The notes under the pieces were generated by a model. It ran no database searches and was not told the origin of the DNA. It saw only the letters and a program-made list of their open reading frames with translations. Shown one piece after another: positions 24,806 to 38,300 of a stretch of DNA of 64,000 nucleotides; position 1 is the stretch's first letter; the number at the start of each line of letters is the position of its first letter. Both the position numbers and the translations under genes were made by a program. This DNA comes from Alloascoidea hylecoeti (taxonomy: Eukaryota). The stretch is taken from the NCBI GenBank assembly GCA_001600815.1, contig BCKZ01000006.1:807048-871047 (forward strand), given 5' to 3'.

Positions 24806-25456
24806 AACAAATTTTATGAGTGAATTAATATGTAAACGGTAGTGGTATTTGTATGTGACTGTGCTCTACTTAAACAACCACCAATATCACCAAAAAATAT
24901 GAATCCATTAACTATGGATATTTTATATATACACTACTTACCCCATTAAATCATCCTGATAATTTTCTACGAGTTCTTTTGTTTTCAATTCATGGTTGGA
25001 GTGTTTTGTCTTGATTTTACTGTGTTTTTGATGATATTTATCTCAACTTTGAGAAGTTTTCCTCTTAGTAGGCTTTTACCATGCCATCAATACTTTATAG
25101 GTTTTGTGATTCATTATTATCTCAGCGGTATAGCCTTTTTTGAGTCTTCATTGGAAGCGGCATATTTTTTTATTGGAACTTAACATTTTATTTCTGTTTT
25201 CTCTTCATAAGAGAATCTGGCATTTTAGTTATATGGGAAATATCAATATGCATAATAAATGCCGTATTCCCAACTGTCAAAAAGTCATAAGAACTATTGT
25301 CAACTGCTCTCAATGGCGGTATAATTTTAGTAGATTTCGACACCGATTATATAATTAAAAATGGGTCAAGTTAATTATCGATTGCTTATAATATATGAAT
25401 AATAAGTATAGAAACAACTACAATTTCAAGTTACGTAGTTTATGTATGAACAATGC

Positions 25457-25485
25457 GATGCAACGTGATGCAACGTGATGCAACG
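25457..25485. repeat. 10-bp tandem repeat (GATGCAACGT)x3 in the STU1 promoter
   Basis: GATGCAACGT GATGCAACGT GATGCAACG read directly. Confidence 0.85.
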
Positions 25486-25598
25486 CTTACATAATTCACA
25501 TCTTTGGAGAATTGTAAACAAATCAAATCAAAACAAAAACAAATTTGAACCTCTTTTCAACAAAACATTCCTTATCTCACAACAATATACCCCCAAAG

Positions 25599-28500
25599 AT
25601 GTCGGATGTGAATGCTCTGGATCCCAATAATATTTATAGATTAGTAGCAAAATCTAATGGTATGAGTAAATAAAGACTATCTACTAACACATTCATATCT
25701 AACATTTTCTCAGATGCAACTTTACAAGAATCTACTATTGCAACCTTGAAATCTCACGTTAAAAGAGAAATGGTCGATGTAAGCCTTTCCAAGTCACTGA
25801 CATATACATTGCATACCTAACATTTAACATTTGATTAGCTAAACTCCGTTAACTTATATTTTGAAGCGCTGGTAATAGCAGCAGACTCTCGAAATCCCCG
25901 TGTTTCTACTGTTGCACTTTCAACCATTACTAATCTCATCAAGAGAGTGAAACTTCAAGACCCAAAAGTTTTAACTCAGTCATCTGGAACCTTAGTACCC
26001 TTACTCTTACAAAAAATATCTGAACCGAAACAAGGAATTCAGTTGAATGCTTACAAAGCTTTGGAGGAATATTGGCTTTCATGCCCTTCACAAGTTGAAA
26101 AGTTAGTGAAAGATTTTGGTCTATATAACAGTGACAACAGAATAAAACAGGAATGCTTGTCTTTTATTAACAACATTCTGGAGAAGAATCTTTCACCCTC
26201 ATCATTTATTTTATTGTCAAAAGATATATTTACTCTTCAACTTAATTCTGATGATTCTGTAAGAAGTTTAGCTACACATATTATTTCAAATTACCCTCAG
26301 TTTACTAAGGATAGATCAACAAATCTTCTGGGATCTGCTATAAGGAAGACAAATAAGCTTAAACCAGGTTTTGAAAGATTAAATCCTTCTGAAAATATTG
26401 AAAATGTCAACCCTTTTTTAATACCGGAAAAGAACGTATTTTCAATTACATCTACATCCCCCAAAAGAACTCCTCTTAATCCTATCTCAAAAAATACAAA
26501 CACTCCTAGATCCAACAAACCAAATGCTCCTGGATTTGCGGATTTTGTGAAAACCCTTCCTGGTTACAAAATAGATGATCTTAAATCCGAAAATGTTCGG
26601 TCTCACCATGATCTAGAATATGATTTAGATGAGACAGATGACCCTTTCCATGGTAAAGAGACTGAATTCAATTGGGGTAAAAGAGAAAAACATATTGTTC
26701 ATATGCGCTCAATTATCAGAGGAAATGCCCCAGATGTCTACTCAGAAGCTTTAATTGGTTATTTAAAAACAATGCAAATTGGAATTGGAAAGGCTATTTG
26801 TTCGCTTCGAACAACATTATCAACAAATGCTTGTCAATTTGTAAAAGAGGCCGCCATTATACTTGAGAGAAAATTTGATTCGGTTGCCGAAGGTTATTTG
26901 GTATCTCTAATGAAAATGACCTCTGTGACTAAGAAAATCTCGTCTCAAAATGCTAACATGACAATTTGTGCTATTTTAGCAAATATCAGCTATAATTCTC
27001 GTGTTATGTCACAAATACTTTTGGCCTCCCAGGACAAAAATGTGCAACCCCGTTTATATACAGCTACGTGGATTCGTATAATCATTTTAGGACATGCTCG
27101 ACTTAGATCACAAATAGAAACAACTGGTGGTATGGAAATTATAGAGAAATGTGTTCAAAAGGGTTTGGCAGATGCCAATCCAAATGTGCGTGAAAATATG
27201 AGAAGTACATTTTGGTCTTTATATGAAATTTGGAATCAAATTGGGGAAACTGTCCTAAATAATGCTGACTCTTCAGTAAAAAAGGCACTTGAAAGATGCA
27301 GACCCAAAGAATTGAAAAATGAAGAAAAAAGTACAGTCCCCAAGGCACCAAATGCTGTTAGAAGACCTGGTGGTAGAATGGATAGAAATCGGGCGAGACC
27401 ACAATTAAGAGAGTTAATTGCTCAACGAAGGAGACAGCAACCGCATCCTCAGCCAAATGCTGAAATTTCGGTTCCTACGAAACCTCTAAATGAATTGACT
27501 ACAGCAGCTCCTTCATCCATAAATAGAAGAAGAGGTGACATTGGAACGTCTGTTAGAAGTGCCAGAAAGCCAATACTTCATCCTATTTCAAGAATCAACA
27601 ATGAAATGAACAAGAAAAGTACAATAGCTGAAACACCATCAAAACCAGCGCTATCTTCTGCTTCTAGTTTTAAACCTCAGCTAAAAAAACCAGAAAATAC
27701 ACAAGCAAAAACTCCGGTGATTGAGACCATCAAACCCCTAACAGTTGCTCCTAAGCCAAAAGTCAAGCTTTTAAACCTATTACAAAACTCAAATACTCAA
27801 CTTCAAGTAGAGGGATTTTCATGTTTGGCTCAATATCTTAACATGAAGGAACTACCAGGAGAATATTCACATATTGAGACGAACTCTTTGCCCACACCTT
27901 CTACCCTCCTAGCTTGTTCATTGGAACTACTACCCAAAAACAGGGAATCAGTCAAAGGTTTGGTAGACGAAAGGCACATATCATCATGTTCCAAACAGTT
28001 TTCATTAAATTTTACCTTTTGCTTACTATCTATTCTATGTTGTGATGATACAAGGGTGCTATCATTTATTCTTGAAACATTTTCAGAATTTGAGGTTTTA
28101 TCATCCTTATCAAAATTACTTCTAGAAATCGGATACCCTGAAAAATACGAGACTTCCAACTTTTCTAAATTATTAACAGAAGAACAAAACAAGGAAGTGT
28201 TTAGATATTGCTTAGGCTGGATAAAATTTATGATTGATCGTTATGATATATATTTTCAACAGGACATATCCAGGTACAATGACTTGTCAAAGAACATTTT
28301 ACAAGTATGGCGATATGCTGAATTAAAAGAATTAGACTCTCAAATGTTGCCTATTTTATCTATATTATATCGTGAGAGCCCCAATTTTTTTATTACAGTG
28401 TTAAATAATTCTAATTCACAAACAAAATCAAAGTTATATGAACGACTTGGAATTAAGCCCCTAGAAAAGCAGACAAATGAATTGAAATCTACTGAGCATA

Positions 28501-29744
28501 TTATAACAGCAAATCAGGGAGAGCAGAGAACATTTTCTGGTCCCAGTAATTTGAACTCTGAGCTTATTTCTCAGAAAGCCATTAAAGTGGATGATGATGG
28601 AGCAAGTAATAAAGTTATACATTCTAATATTCTAGAAATGACAACAATGAGAATTCCAGCGGCATCGACTCAGACAACTAATGAAAAGTTGGAAAATATA
28701 ACTAAGCAAAAAGAATCATCAATGGATTTAATAGAAAACAATGAGCCTGATTTTGATATAGTTATGAGTGACACCGAGATGACATGGGATAATGATGTTC
28801 AAGATAGAACAATCATAATGTCTACATTGAATGAAATAAACGATCAAAATTCCGTGGATTTCCAATATGAAGAATTGGGGCTTCAATTCAACTTTTTAGG
28901 CTTGGATGAAGGTCTAGATCCAGAATTGAAATTAATGGAAGAACCTCCAGCTTGGAATTGTTCTTGGTATGATTTAGAAATGGCTAATCAAAGATTTTAT
29001 GCAGAACCACAGTCAGAAGATGATTTTTCTTTTTCGAATATTTTACATAAATTGTCTGGAAAGGAACTTTCTGAAAAGGAAGTTAGGCAAATAATTTCAT
29101 TTACAAATCAAGCACATGATGGGCATCTCTCACAATTGCTTGATAATCTTCTGCTTTTCACCGATTTCGGGTCCGGAGAAGTTAATGAAACATGGTGTAA
29201 AAACGGTATGCTATTAATGAAACATCTATTTGTTCAATTCCCTAAGTTATTTTTTGGCCTGGAAAGTCGAGTTTGGAATATTTTGTTAGGGGTAATGGGC
29301 CATTATAGCAACACAAACCAGAGCTCTCTTGTTCCATATGCAGTCGAAGAGATTGTAATGGAGATAATAAAGATATTTTCTCCTCTTAGTGTTATCCAAT
29401 TATGTCTTGAATCTTATTACGATATAAACCAAGAAGAAGAAAAGGCAGATAACTTCGTTGTGTTTATTTTGCACGTAATAGAACGGAGTTTGCAAGCACT
29501 TAAAAATACTCGCAATAAGGTAATTACGGCCAATGAGCTCACATTTCATTTACGGCCTACATTTAAATTAACGAATACAAGTTTGTCGAGCAAAAACACT
29601 CTTGTGCGAAGAAATGGCATATCGCTCGTTGTTGCTTTGCACTCGATTTTTAAAGATAACGGTAGTAGTGAAGTTGAGTCGGAAATTTTGAAGGGATTGA
29701 GTGAAAATCAAAAGTCATTCATACTGTCATACCAATCGTCTTAA
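25599..29744 (+). CDS. STU1: CLASP-family microtubule-associated protein, about 1343 aa; exons 25599-25659, 25714-25778, 25839-29744
   Basis: CLASP-N motifs FHGKETEFNW, SLRTTLS, KKISSQ, DKNVQPR, GLADANPNVRENMR. Two short introns (GTATGA..CAG, GTAAGC..TAG) restore the N-terminus including LKSHVKR. Confidence 0.9.
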
Positions 29745-29951
29745 GTGATAATGATAATTGAATTAAAGCCACACTATTTAAATAAATATAGCAGCACCAA
29801 TATAGTAATGTAATGAGTATTGTATTTGTCTGATAATATTTAACGTAGACGAATCATTTATAATGCAATATTTAGTATCCTAGTGTTGAAAAGTCGTCAA
29901 ACCTGTGCTCATTAACGTTCGTTAATATCGTTGTCAGATTAGCACTTTAGC

Positions 29952-30386
29952 CTAATTTTTCTTCTTATCTTCGTTGCTTGCCAATACAGCGTCATTCCAT
30001 CGCTTTATAGTTGACTGATCATGTACCTTTGAAGGATCAAACTCCAATTTTCTGCTAACAGTAAAAAGTGTGCCCATGCAGATGGCAATACCAATACCAA
30101 TAAAGACAGTATTCCTTTTATAATTCTTTGGGGTATACCACCAACCACCTTATAAAATGTTAGCTATTATTGAATATTGTGAGATTTATGAATTAAAGTA
30201 AATACCTGACGGTGACCAGACATGCTAATAAAATTGTTAATAAGTTAAATTATAAGTTATCTATATATTAACTAGTATGCTTACCTTAGGATATGGGTAG
30301 TAGCCTCCACTCTAAATTATATCAATTAAATTAATTGTTAGAATTCGTTGTAACCCTCTGATGTTTTGATAGTGATTTCATACCAT
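29952..30386 (-). CDS. Small single-TM protein of the YPKHVWSPxGGW type, 81 aa; exons 30386-30384, 30311-30285, 30224-30206, 30148-29952
   Basis: Three GT..AG introns with branch-like CTAAC/TTAAC join in frame to MSGGYYPYPKHVWSPSGGWWYTPKNYKRNTVFIGIGIAICMGTLFTVSRKLEFDPSKVHDQSTIKRWNDAVLASNEDKKKN*. Absent from the ORF track. Confidence 0.85.
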
Positions 30387-31041
30387 GACTTATTATAAAG
30401 ATTTGAAAATGTTAGACTTTGAAGGTTAGGCTTGTGTTTGTAACTACAATAATCTTATTGGATAAACGCCCATGCTCAAAAATACACTGCAGAAAGGGCA
30501 AAACAGATGAAACACCCAAAGACCCAAATGAAAACTGGATTAAAGAAAACAAGAAAACATCAAAGCTTAAGTATCGATATATCAAAGACCTACTTGATTT
30601 ATTTGAGTAATTGTCTTTGATCACTCGCTCAGAAGATCGAAAGCTTCACTGGAATCTAGTACCACTATATCCTGAGATTGGTTGCATTCCTTACAGATCA
30701 GAGAAAATACTCGGGGGCACTCAAAAATGTTACATTTCAAACAAATTAAAATCTAATTAATCACATAATTTCAAAAAGTTTTCTTCATATTTTTTTTGGT
30801 TGTGGCGTGATTAATTAGATTGTAATGTTACTATTTAGACTAATTTATATTTGTTGTTGGTTTTGCAATTCGTGTTTGAAATGTGACATCTTTGAGGGTC
30901 TAAGGTAGTCAACATTGGTCCCCGTAGCGTGGACAGATGGAGGTAGAAGTACCCCATATTCTTAGAATGATGTTAAATTAATTACTATTATACCTTATAT
31001 GTAGAGGATCTCATACTGATTAATAAACTAAGCGTAAGTAT

Positions 31042-33024
31042 CTAAGCTTGTACAATATCCACTCGAGCTCGATTCCAAATATCATGCAAAACCAAATCAT
31101 CACTAGCTTCTTCATCCTTCGCTTTAGTAAGTTCGTCAATATTTGGCGGATCTATTGAAATAGTTGCAAATGTGGACATTGTGTTATTTTTCATAAGAGA
31201 TCCAGGGTTTATAAGAATGGCATTTCTGACTACTTTTACAGCATACCGTAATTTCTCAGATGGCATAATTAAAATATCTGGAACAACATCATCAAGCTCT
31301 GACAAGCCTAGATATGGCACATCAAGGTTGGAATTTTCTGAACCTGGAAAAACTGGGTAATAACGACGTTGTTCCATAACATGATCTATGGTTCTCTCAT
31401 ATCTGTTTTTCTTCTGCCATTCACCAACATTAGTATCCTTTAAATCGTACAAAATATCATTTGTAGAAACGCCAATCATTGCTTCATTCAAAGAAAATGT
31501 ACAAGGATTTGGAAAACATTTGACATTCTTTGGTAATTCTAGATATTTTCTTTCTAGTGAATCTTGGGGATAAGCAACATGCTTAGAACTGGTATCCCTA
31601 ATATGAGGAATCATAACAACTTGAATTTTAGTATCAAGGCGCTGTAGCTCTGAAGAAACACATTTCCTAAAAATATCATCAAGATTGTTAATTTCATCTT
31701 GATAACTTGAGGGAGTGGATAAAGAAGTAAGACCTTTTGAAATAAGAGGATGTGTACTGTCTATGAAAGGGCCAAGCATTATTACCACATCCGGAAGTAT
31801 AAAACCATTTAATTGATCCACAAGAGACTTTAATCCTGCGAATTCGAAATCATTAGAAGATGTATATGGGCCATTTACAACAACTATCTTTAAAGAACGG
31901 TTTCCCATCGATTCTTTGAATGATTGAAGTTCTCTTATAGGCGAAACAGCAGCTGGCAAATATGGGATATCGAGGATTTCATGAACCGAAAAATAGTCTC
32001 CATTTGCATTTCTCCCCTTTAAACCTACTATTTGACCAGGGAAAAAACTATAGTTATCCATTTTATCCAACTTAAGCAGAACTCTCTGGCCTAATCCGAA
32101 TTGTCTCGAGCTTTCTAGTGCAATGGAAGAAGTCGAAAGAGCACTTTCTATTGGGGGATTTGCCGAATCAGGAACAATACGACCAACCACAATGGTTTCT
32201 GATTGTGATACAGCAGCCGGATTTCCAAAATCTGAATAAGATAAATTGTGATGTTCTTTTAGAAGCTTGATAAATGAGTCAATTTGGTCATCTAAAACAT
32301 CAGCTGCCTCTAGAATCTTTTGCCTCATTGTTCGAAAGCCATATTTTTTCCCATCAAAATTTGCAATGATTTTAACTGTTGATTGTGAACCTTCTGTGAC
32401 TCCATTGGATTCTCTAATATGTGAATTTATCCCCTCTATGCGCTCACCAACCGAGTATTTTGAGTTTTTAAGTTGTTGCCTAGAAATATTGTTAATAAAA
32501 GTATAGAAAAATAAAAAGATACTTCATTCATCAAATGTAGAGAGTAATACATACGATTTGAATGGAGTTGATGAGATTATTGGACTTGAGAGGATAGGAG
32601 AGGATGAGAGTATGTTTCTAGAACGTTTAGAAGCTAAAGGTGTATCTTCAATATGGTTTCTTTTGATAGTTGGAGTTGATGGGAATTTAAGATCTGGACT
32701 GGAAAAATTAGTGGTCCTAACAGCAGACCTAGGTGTTGATCTTGGTATTAATCCTCGAGGTTTATGAATACTGAGATTTCCCTTTGACTGGTTTTCCTTT
32801 TCCAACTCCGCTTGAACATATGACTTTAACCGTCTCAAGCTTTCAGGTGTTATGTCAGGCACATTCATGTTCATACTATAAGCTTCCCACTTGAGTTCAA
32901 GCTCATCGATATCCAAGGTGAATATATTCATAATAGACTGCATTTCAGTAATAATCTCATCAATACCCTCTTTATTTTGAATGGAAGGGAAATGCTCTAC
33001 AAGCTCCTCCTTAGTTGCTATCAT
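31042..33024 (-). CDS. POL12: DNA polymerase alpha-primase B subunit, 635 aa; exons 33024-32555, 32479-31042
   Basis: VGRIVPDS, YSFFPGQIVGLKGRN, GPYT, GPFID, CFPNP, QRRYYPVFP, PDILIMPS, INPG. A 75-nt intron (GTATGT..TTAAC..TAG) joins the two listed ORFs. Confidence 0.95.
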
Positions 33025-33054
33025 GTCTGTAATTCTCTTTCCGTTGAAGTTGAA

Positions 33055-33073
33055 ACGCGTTTTCGTGACGCGT
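33055..33073. promoter_or_regulatory. G1/S cell-cycle module: MCB-SCB-MCB
   Basis: ACGCGT (33055-33060), TTTCGTG = CACGAAA (33061-33067) and ACGCGT (33068-33073), 30-50 bp upstream of the POL12 ATG. POL12 is an established MBF-type gene. Confidence 0.75.
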
Positions 33074-34221
33074 CCTATTTTTGTTTTTCTACCATTCCAT
33101 ATCTACATTTTACCCGGCCATATTAGACCCAATAAATATGGTGAAATTTTTAAACATCTTTGGTGTAATTTCCGAATATTTTCGTGTGTTTCCCCAAAAA
33201 TAAATAGACAAATTTTGAAAAGGTGGGGAATATCAGAAAAATAGATATTAATAATGCGTGCATTCTGAAGAAGTAGTCTGCTAATTTACAGAAATTATTT
33301 CGTTAGGTTTATAACTTATATCAAATTATTTTGCGGATTTTATATAAATTGATAAAATATTATAAAATCCGAGGCCACAAATATTATCCGGGTACGTCTA
33401 AAATGATCATTCATAACCAAAGAAAATTTCAGCAAATATTAATCAGCCAAATACCATTTCGACAAATATTTTTTCGTAATACATATACTGAAATACGTGG
33501 TAGTATTTTAGCATAATACGTAATTCATTATAAACTTGTTGTATAATGATCAGACTAATATATATATATACAAGTTATACATAATATCTAGAACCAATTG
33601 CAATACAAGTCTGAATCACCAAGAAAGAGGTTTACGACTAACGTGATCGTGATTATTTGTAATTATCACCTTAGAATGATCATGATTCATGATATGCTAC
33701 TTCTCTCCCGACCTCTTAGCAGACCAACGGAAGACTACAAGAGGTTTAAAAATATGAAGGTTATTATATACCTGAATCTATGTCCACGAATTTGATCAAC
33801 ACTAAAACCCTTAATTAATCTTTAAACCTCTATCTGCGTCAACGTCATATTCCTTCATTGGATACGTCATAAACCGAGCACATTGATCATGGATCTGTCG
33901 ATGTCGGTATCAGGTAAATTACTTCTCTATAACCTTTTTCAAGCTTGGTAATAAAACACGTACCGGTATACAACACAAATCAGCTGCGTTCTACTTGAAG
34001 TGAAGCAATTGGCACTAAATATAAATGGCATAACGGTGATTATATATGGCGATTGGAATTTGGCCACAGATCAAACCTTAGATGTACGGATGTTTTCTGG
34101 GATGTACGGCCACGGGCAGTGTCAATGGGAGAATAGTATAAAACCCCTTTTAATCGCTCGAATTTCAGTTCTCCTATTTGATTGATCTTCAAAACACTCA
34201 ATTTCATTATCTGATTTGTAA

Positions 34222-34878
34222 ATGGGAGAACCTTCTGCTGCCCCCAATGTTCCTGAGGGCTGGTTAGCCAAATGGGACGACAAATACTCAACTTATTATT
34301 ATGTGAATCTAAGCACCGGTAAATCTCAATGGGATAAGCCACAAGGAACACAAGAGCCGCCACCAAATTATTCTGAGGCTCAAGGTCCCAGAAATGGCAA
34401 TGGCTATCAACCTCAAGGACCGGGTGGTTATGGACCAGGGCCACAGAGCGGATATGGCCAAGGTGGTTACGGTGGACAAGGGTATCCTCCTCAACAAGGT
34501 GGTTACGGTGGTTATCCTCCACAGCAAGGTGGTTATCCTCCACAGGGTGGCTATCCTCCTCAAGGTGGCTACCCTCCACAGGGTGGTTATGGTGGTTATC
34601 CTCCTCAACAAGGCTACGGTGGCTATCCTCCACAACACGGAGGTTATGGTGGTTATCCTCCACAGCAGGGAGGGTACGGTGGTTACGGCGGTCAGCAACA
34701 ACAACAACCAGTTGTTATCCAGGAGCAAGCTCAAAAGAAGAGTGGTTTTGGTAAAGGAGCCCTGATAGCAGGTGCTGGCGCTGGTTTGCTGGGGGGAGTT
34801 CTGTTGGCAGATGCGCTGGATGACGATGACCGCGGTGATTACGATGGAGGAGACGATTATGGTGGAGGAGATTGGTAA
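34222..34878 (+). CDS. WWM1: WW-domain protein with GYPPQQ/GGY repeats (Wwm1-like), 218 aa
   Basis: [33 protein letters not shown] domain; G/Y/P/Q repeats; [17 protein letters not shown] and an acidic Gly-rich tail. Confidence 0.85.
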   Translation: MGEPSAAPNVPEGWLAKWDDKYSTYYYVNLSTGKSQWDKPQGTQEPPPNYSEAQGPRNGNGYQPQGPGGYGPGPQSGYGQGGYGGQGYPPQQGGYGGYPPQQGGYPPQGGYPPQGGYPPQGGYGGYPPQQGYGGYPPQHGGYGGYPPQQGGYGGYGGQQQQQPVVIQEQAQKKSGFGKGALIAGAGAGLLGGVLLADALDDDDRGDYDGGDDYGGGDW

Positions 34879-35363
34879 TATTAATAATAGGCTCTTGCAT
34901 AAACCATAAAAATGAGGTTCATAATTTTTTTTGTTTTGATCATACATATAGTTGTTCATTATTTCATGCAATTAAGATTTCTTATTTTTGATTAATAAGA
35001 TTAACGTATCTGGATTGGAAATAACCAAAGAACCGATGAAGCCGTGCCACGTGAGTGTCCTGCCCAGGAGCGATAAACCCGGCATTCGGCACTGATCTCT
35101 GCAAAGAAAATGAATCGTACTCGGAATTACAAATAATCCGGCCGCGCTATATGTCTGACTAAGTTTATTTGTGTGAATATACAATTCTATCCTATTATAT
35201 GCATGCATACATGACAAATCGAAATAGGTTCGGTAGTTCGGCGTTTTCGTTATTAATGTTGAACTGTTTTTGTCTCCGTTAAAATCTTTTTATATTAATT
35301 TATATAAGATCTGATTCTTCTCCTCCTATAGATCTTCAGGAATATTCATAACTACACCTTAAA

Positions 35364-35915
35364 ATGAAGTTATCTACATTAGTGTCTGGCCACGCTTTTT
35401 CATCAAAGAACATTGTGTCTCCTGCATACCAATCACAGAACTCATACTTAATATCACCAGAGGCCCCATCTGGTTGGTCCGTACACTACGATCCAGTTTT
35501 ACAAGAATTTTACTATGTTAATAATCAAACAGGAGTCTCACAACTAGACCATCCAGAAGAACAAATTCATATACATACGAATGAAAGGAAACATAAACGT
35601 GGTATGAGCCCCATTTTTACATCCCACAAAAAGAGTTCTCCAATAATGTCTCGGGAATTTTCCTTCTCAAGCTCCAATTCGCAGCAATCTTCACATTCAA
35701 GACATAGAAGTTTCACATTCAAGTCGAGAGATTCTTCTAGTTCGATATCTGGATCTCCACGCTCATCTACTGATTTTTCTCTACTGGAGCCAGGAAATTA
35801 TCATAGTGAACATGTTAATACCATAAATTCAGACGTTCACAAACGACTAAGTTTTCCTCACATATCTTTTGGTAAAAAACACGATAGGGCTCATTCGACA
35901 CTTATCTCAACTTGA
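35364..35915 (+). CDS. Second WW-domain protein, Ser-rich, 183 aa
   Basis: APSGWSVHYDPVLQEFYYVNNQTGVSQLDHP (second Trp replaced by Leu); TATA tract upstream. Confidence 0.7.
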   Translation: MKLSTLVSGHAFSSKNIVSPAYQSQNSYLISPEAPSGWSVHYDPVLQEFYYVNNQTGVSQLDHPEEQIHIHTNERKHKRGMSPIFTSHKKSSPIMSREFSFSSSNSQQSSHSRHRSFTFKSRDSSSSISGSPRSSTDFSLLEPGNYHSEHVNTINSDVHKRLSFPHISFGKKHDRAHSTLIST

Positions 35916-36799
35916 ATTATGTTCTGGTAAAGCCTTAAATTTAATGACAATTGTACTTATTTTATCATATATTTTATTTTATGAATTTATGTTTATTCTC
36001 ACCATAAAAATTACTTCAAACTTTTATGTTACACTACTATTTTTTACTCCTTTTATTCGTTTTGCATCTTTATTATTATCTTCATTATTCACTTGCAATT
36101 GTTATGTTTTCACATTGTTTTACTCATAAATACTATATATATTATCAGAACCAAACCAAAATTGAGTATTCTTGATGCTCCATATGCATTCAATTTAAAA
36201 ATATGTAATAATAAAAAGCTGATAACTTCTTATTTTAACTTTCAATTTCAATATGTCTGGGGTCACATTTCCATCTCCTCCGTTGATCCTATATAAACGT
36301 GTACTCTTTCTAGCATTTTCAGGTTTAATTGCTGATGATAAGCGTTGTAACATCAGTTACATTTATAAATTTAATTAAATACGTGATAATTGCCACACAT
36401 AAATATTTTTCATATGCACTTAATCATCCAAGATGTATTCATAATACCAACAACATCCACTCAATATATCTACTCAATATAAGCTTGATTTCAACTTTAA
36501 GCTTTTATATAACCTGCTATCTAACTATAACTATATAATTTCCAATCCGAATATTGAGGAGAACGCTTATAATATTTAACATAATAAGTTCAAGTAGTCA
36601 TGAATCATGATCTAACCAGACATCTAACGATATATCGCTTAATTTTCACTGGTTAGCTAGTTAACGTTATAATTAATATTATATCAACTATAATAAATAA
36701 AAAAATAGATTATAATACTCAATTAAAATTAAACGTAAATTTTAACCAAATCCAAAGATTGTATAACCTTATATACGTAAACCGGACAATTTTGTATGA

Positions 36800-37230
36800 T
36801 CTAACGAAACTAAATCATTCATCATTTATTCCTTCTTACGACAAGCCTTGTAAAGCAAGTACTCTTTTTTCGGACATCATTCCAAAGACTAACAAGAACT
36901 TAAGAACGCTTGCGACAAACCATGGATATATGGAGCATTTGCGCTATGAATGGAACATATAACGATATAGTCTAAAAATAGTTTGGGGTGCTCTAAATGT
37001 TTGGGATAGTGTTGAACGTTGTATTCAGTGACGAATGTTCGGACACTACAGGATCCGGAACCGGAACTATCAGGCAAGGTCTTTGAATCAAAAAACATTT
37101 ATAATATAAGGAAGTCTGAATATGTAAATCTTATGGTAAGTAGTCTACACTATAGACTGGAATTTGGAGAGGTGATCCTACTGCATTATAAAGAGTGGTT
37201 TAAGATCCTAATACACGATGCCTCGTAGAG
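36800..37230 (+). mobile_element. Decayed Tc1-family transposase fragment (N-terminal half)
   Basis: LRTLATNHGY (~36900-36930), then LNVVFSDECS at 37012-37041 (first catalytic Asp motif), then NLMV. Stops and frameshifts throughout. Confidence 0.6.
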
Positions 37231-37699
37231 TGGCAGCCTAAATATTTTATTAAATTTGATTAAGGTACGATGTCATTTTGTATAGACCAATAGAATCTCT
37301 AGAATTTAATTATCATCAATAGTCTAAGATTCAATTATTTCAATATAATCAATATATTGGAGAGTGCTTTTAACTATTGTAAAATGTAATAAATAGTTCA
37401 TTACTTATACCGATATATGTTATAAATCAGTAATAAATCACTAGTTTATTACATATAGATGTTATAAATATGTGATAAATATTAATAGTTGGTTTAAATA
37501 TACAGTGTATATTATATACCGAATTTCCAAATATTTGGATCTTAAATATTTGGCTGTATAAGGATATATAAATCTATTTTAAATATGGAACATTGAAAAT
37601 TCAAGTTTATCTTTAAATACAATAAAACAGATTATTTTATAAGTCAGCATATTATATTCCCTGTCATTAACTTCCACGATCTCTAGCCAACAAGGCGAA

Positions 37700-38300
37700 A
37701 TCATGGAACTCACAACCACAGATTCATTTAAAAATAAAAAATAAAACCGATCCTTGACCTTTTTGACACGACCTTCCATTCTGGCTAACTTTGGATACGT
37801 TTTTAGTCACCCTTCAAGCTTGTGCCAAACGGCTTTTAATGGGATTTAGATTGGGACTAACATAGCTGTTCCATTTGATTTTCCTCCTCTTTTTTTAGGG
37901 ATTAGAGATTGTCTTGTTGAAAAAATATCACCTTTAAAAACTTGAATAAAAGGTATTCCTACCCGTTATAATACTTCTTTGATAAGCACCTCTTCCCTGG
38001 GGCTTCTCCGTAACAGAAGAATCGAATACCGTGTGTTTTTTTATCGGATTTTTTTGTTATTCTCTTATTCAAGCCTTATTATCTCTTGAAGATAACTTTG
38101 GTGGCCTGTCACTTGGTTTGGTGTACTAGTAACTACGGTTCAAGATGTATTATAATGATTCTAGATGCATCTCGCGGTATTTTGTGGGCTACCTACAAAC
38201 CCATGCTTTTAACGTAAGTATGGCCTGACCCGAGGAAACAGACGGGAGATTACTTTTGTTCTTTGGTCAGCCAAGTTATTCAAAATCTATTAAGATTTCT
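37700..38300 (-). mobile_element. Decayed Tc1-family transposase relic
   Basis: Minus strand, in order: VKSMGL*VAHKIP (~38210-38170), KEVL*RVGIPFIQ, FQQDN (~37922-37908), SPNLNPIK (37858-37835), a frameshift to VWHKL, then MEGRVKKV (37779; cf. MPRRxxAV). Confidence 0.78.

Noticed and set aside
34762..34820. Alternative CUG decoding (Ser or Ala)
   Set aside because: CTG codons fall at expected Leu positions ([12 protein letters not shown]; also ELDDW in the Dap1-like gene).
34040..34971. Antisense and alternative-frame ORFs of 207, 220 and 123 aa
   Set aside because: Shadows of the stop-poor GYPPQ repeats of the Wwm1-like gene.
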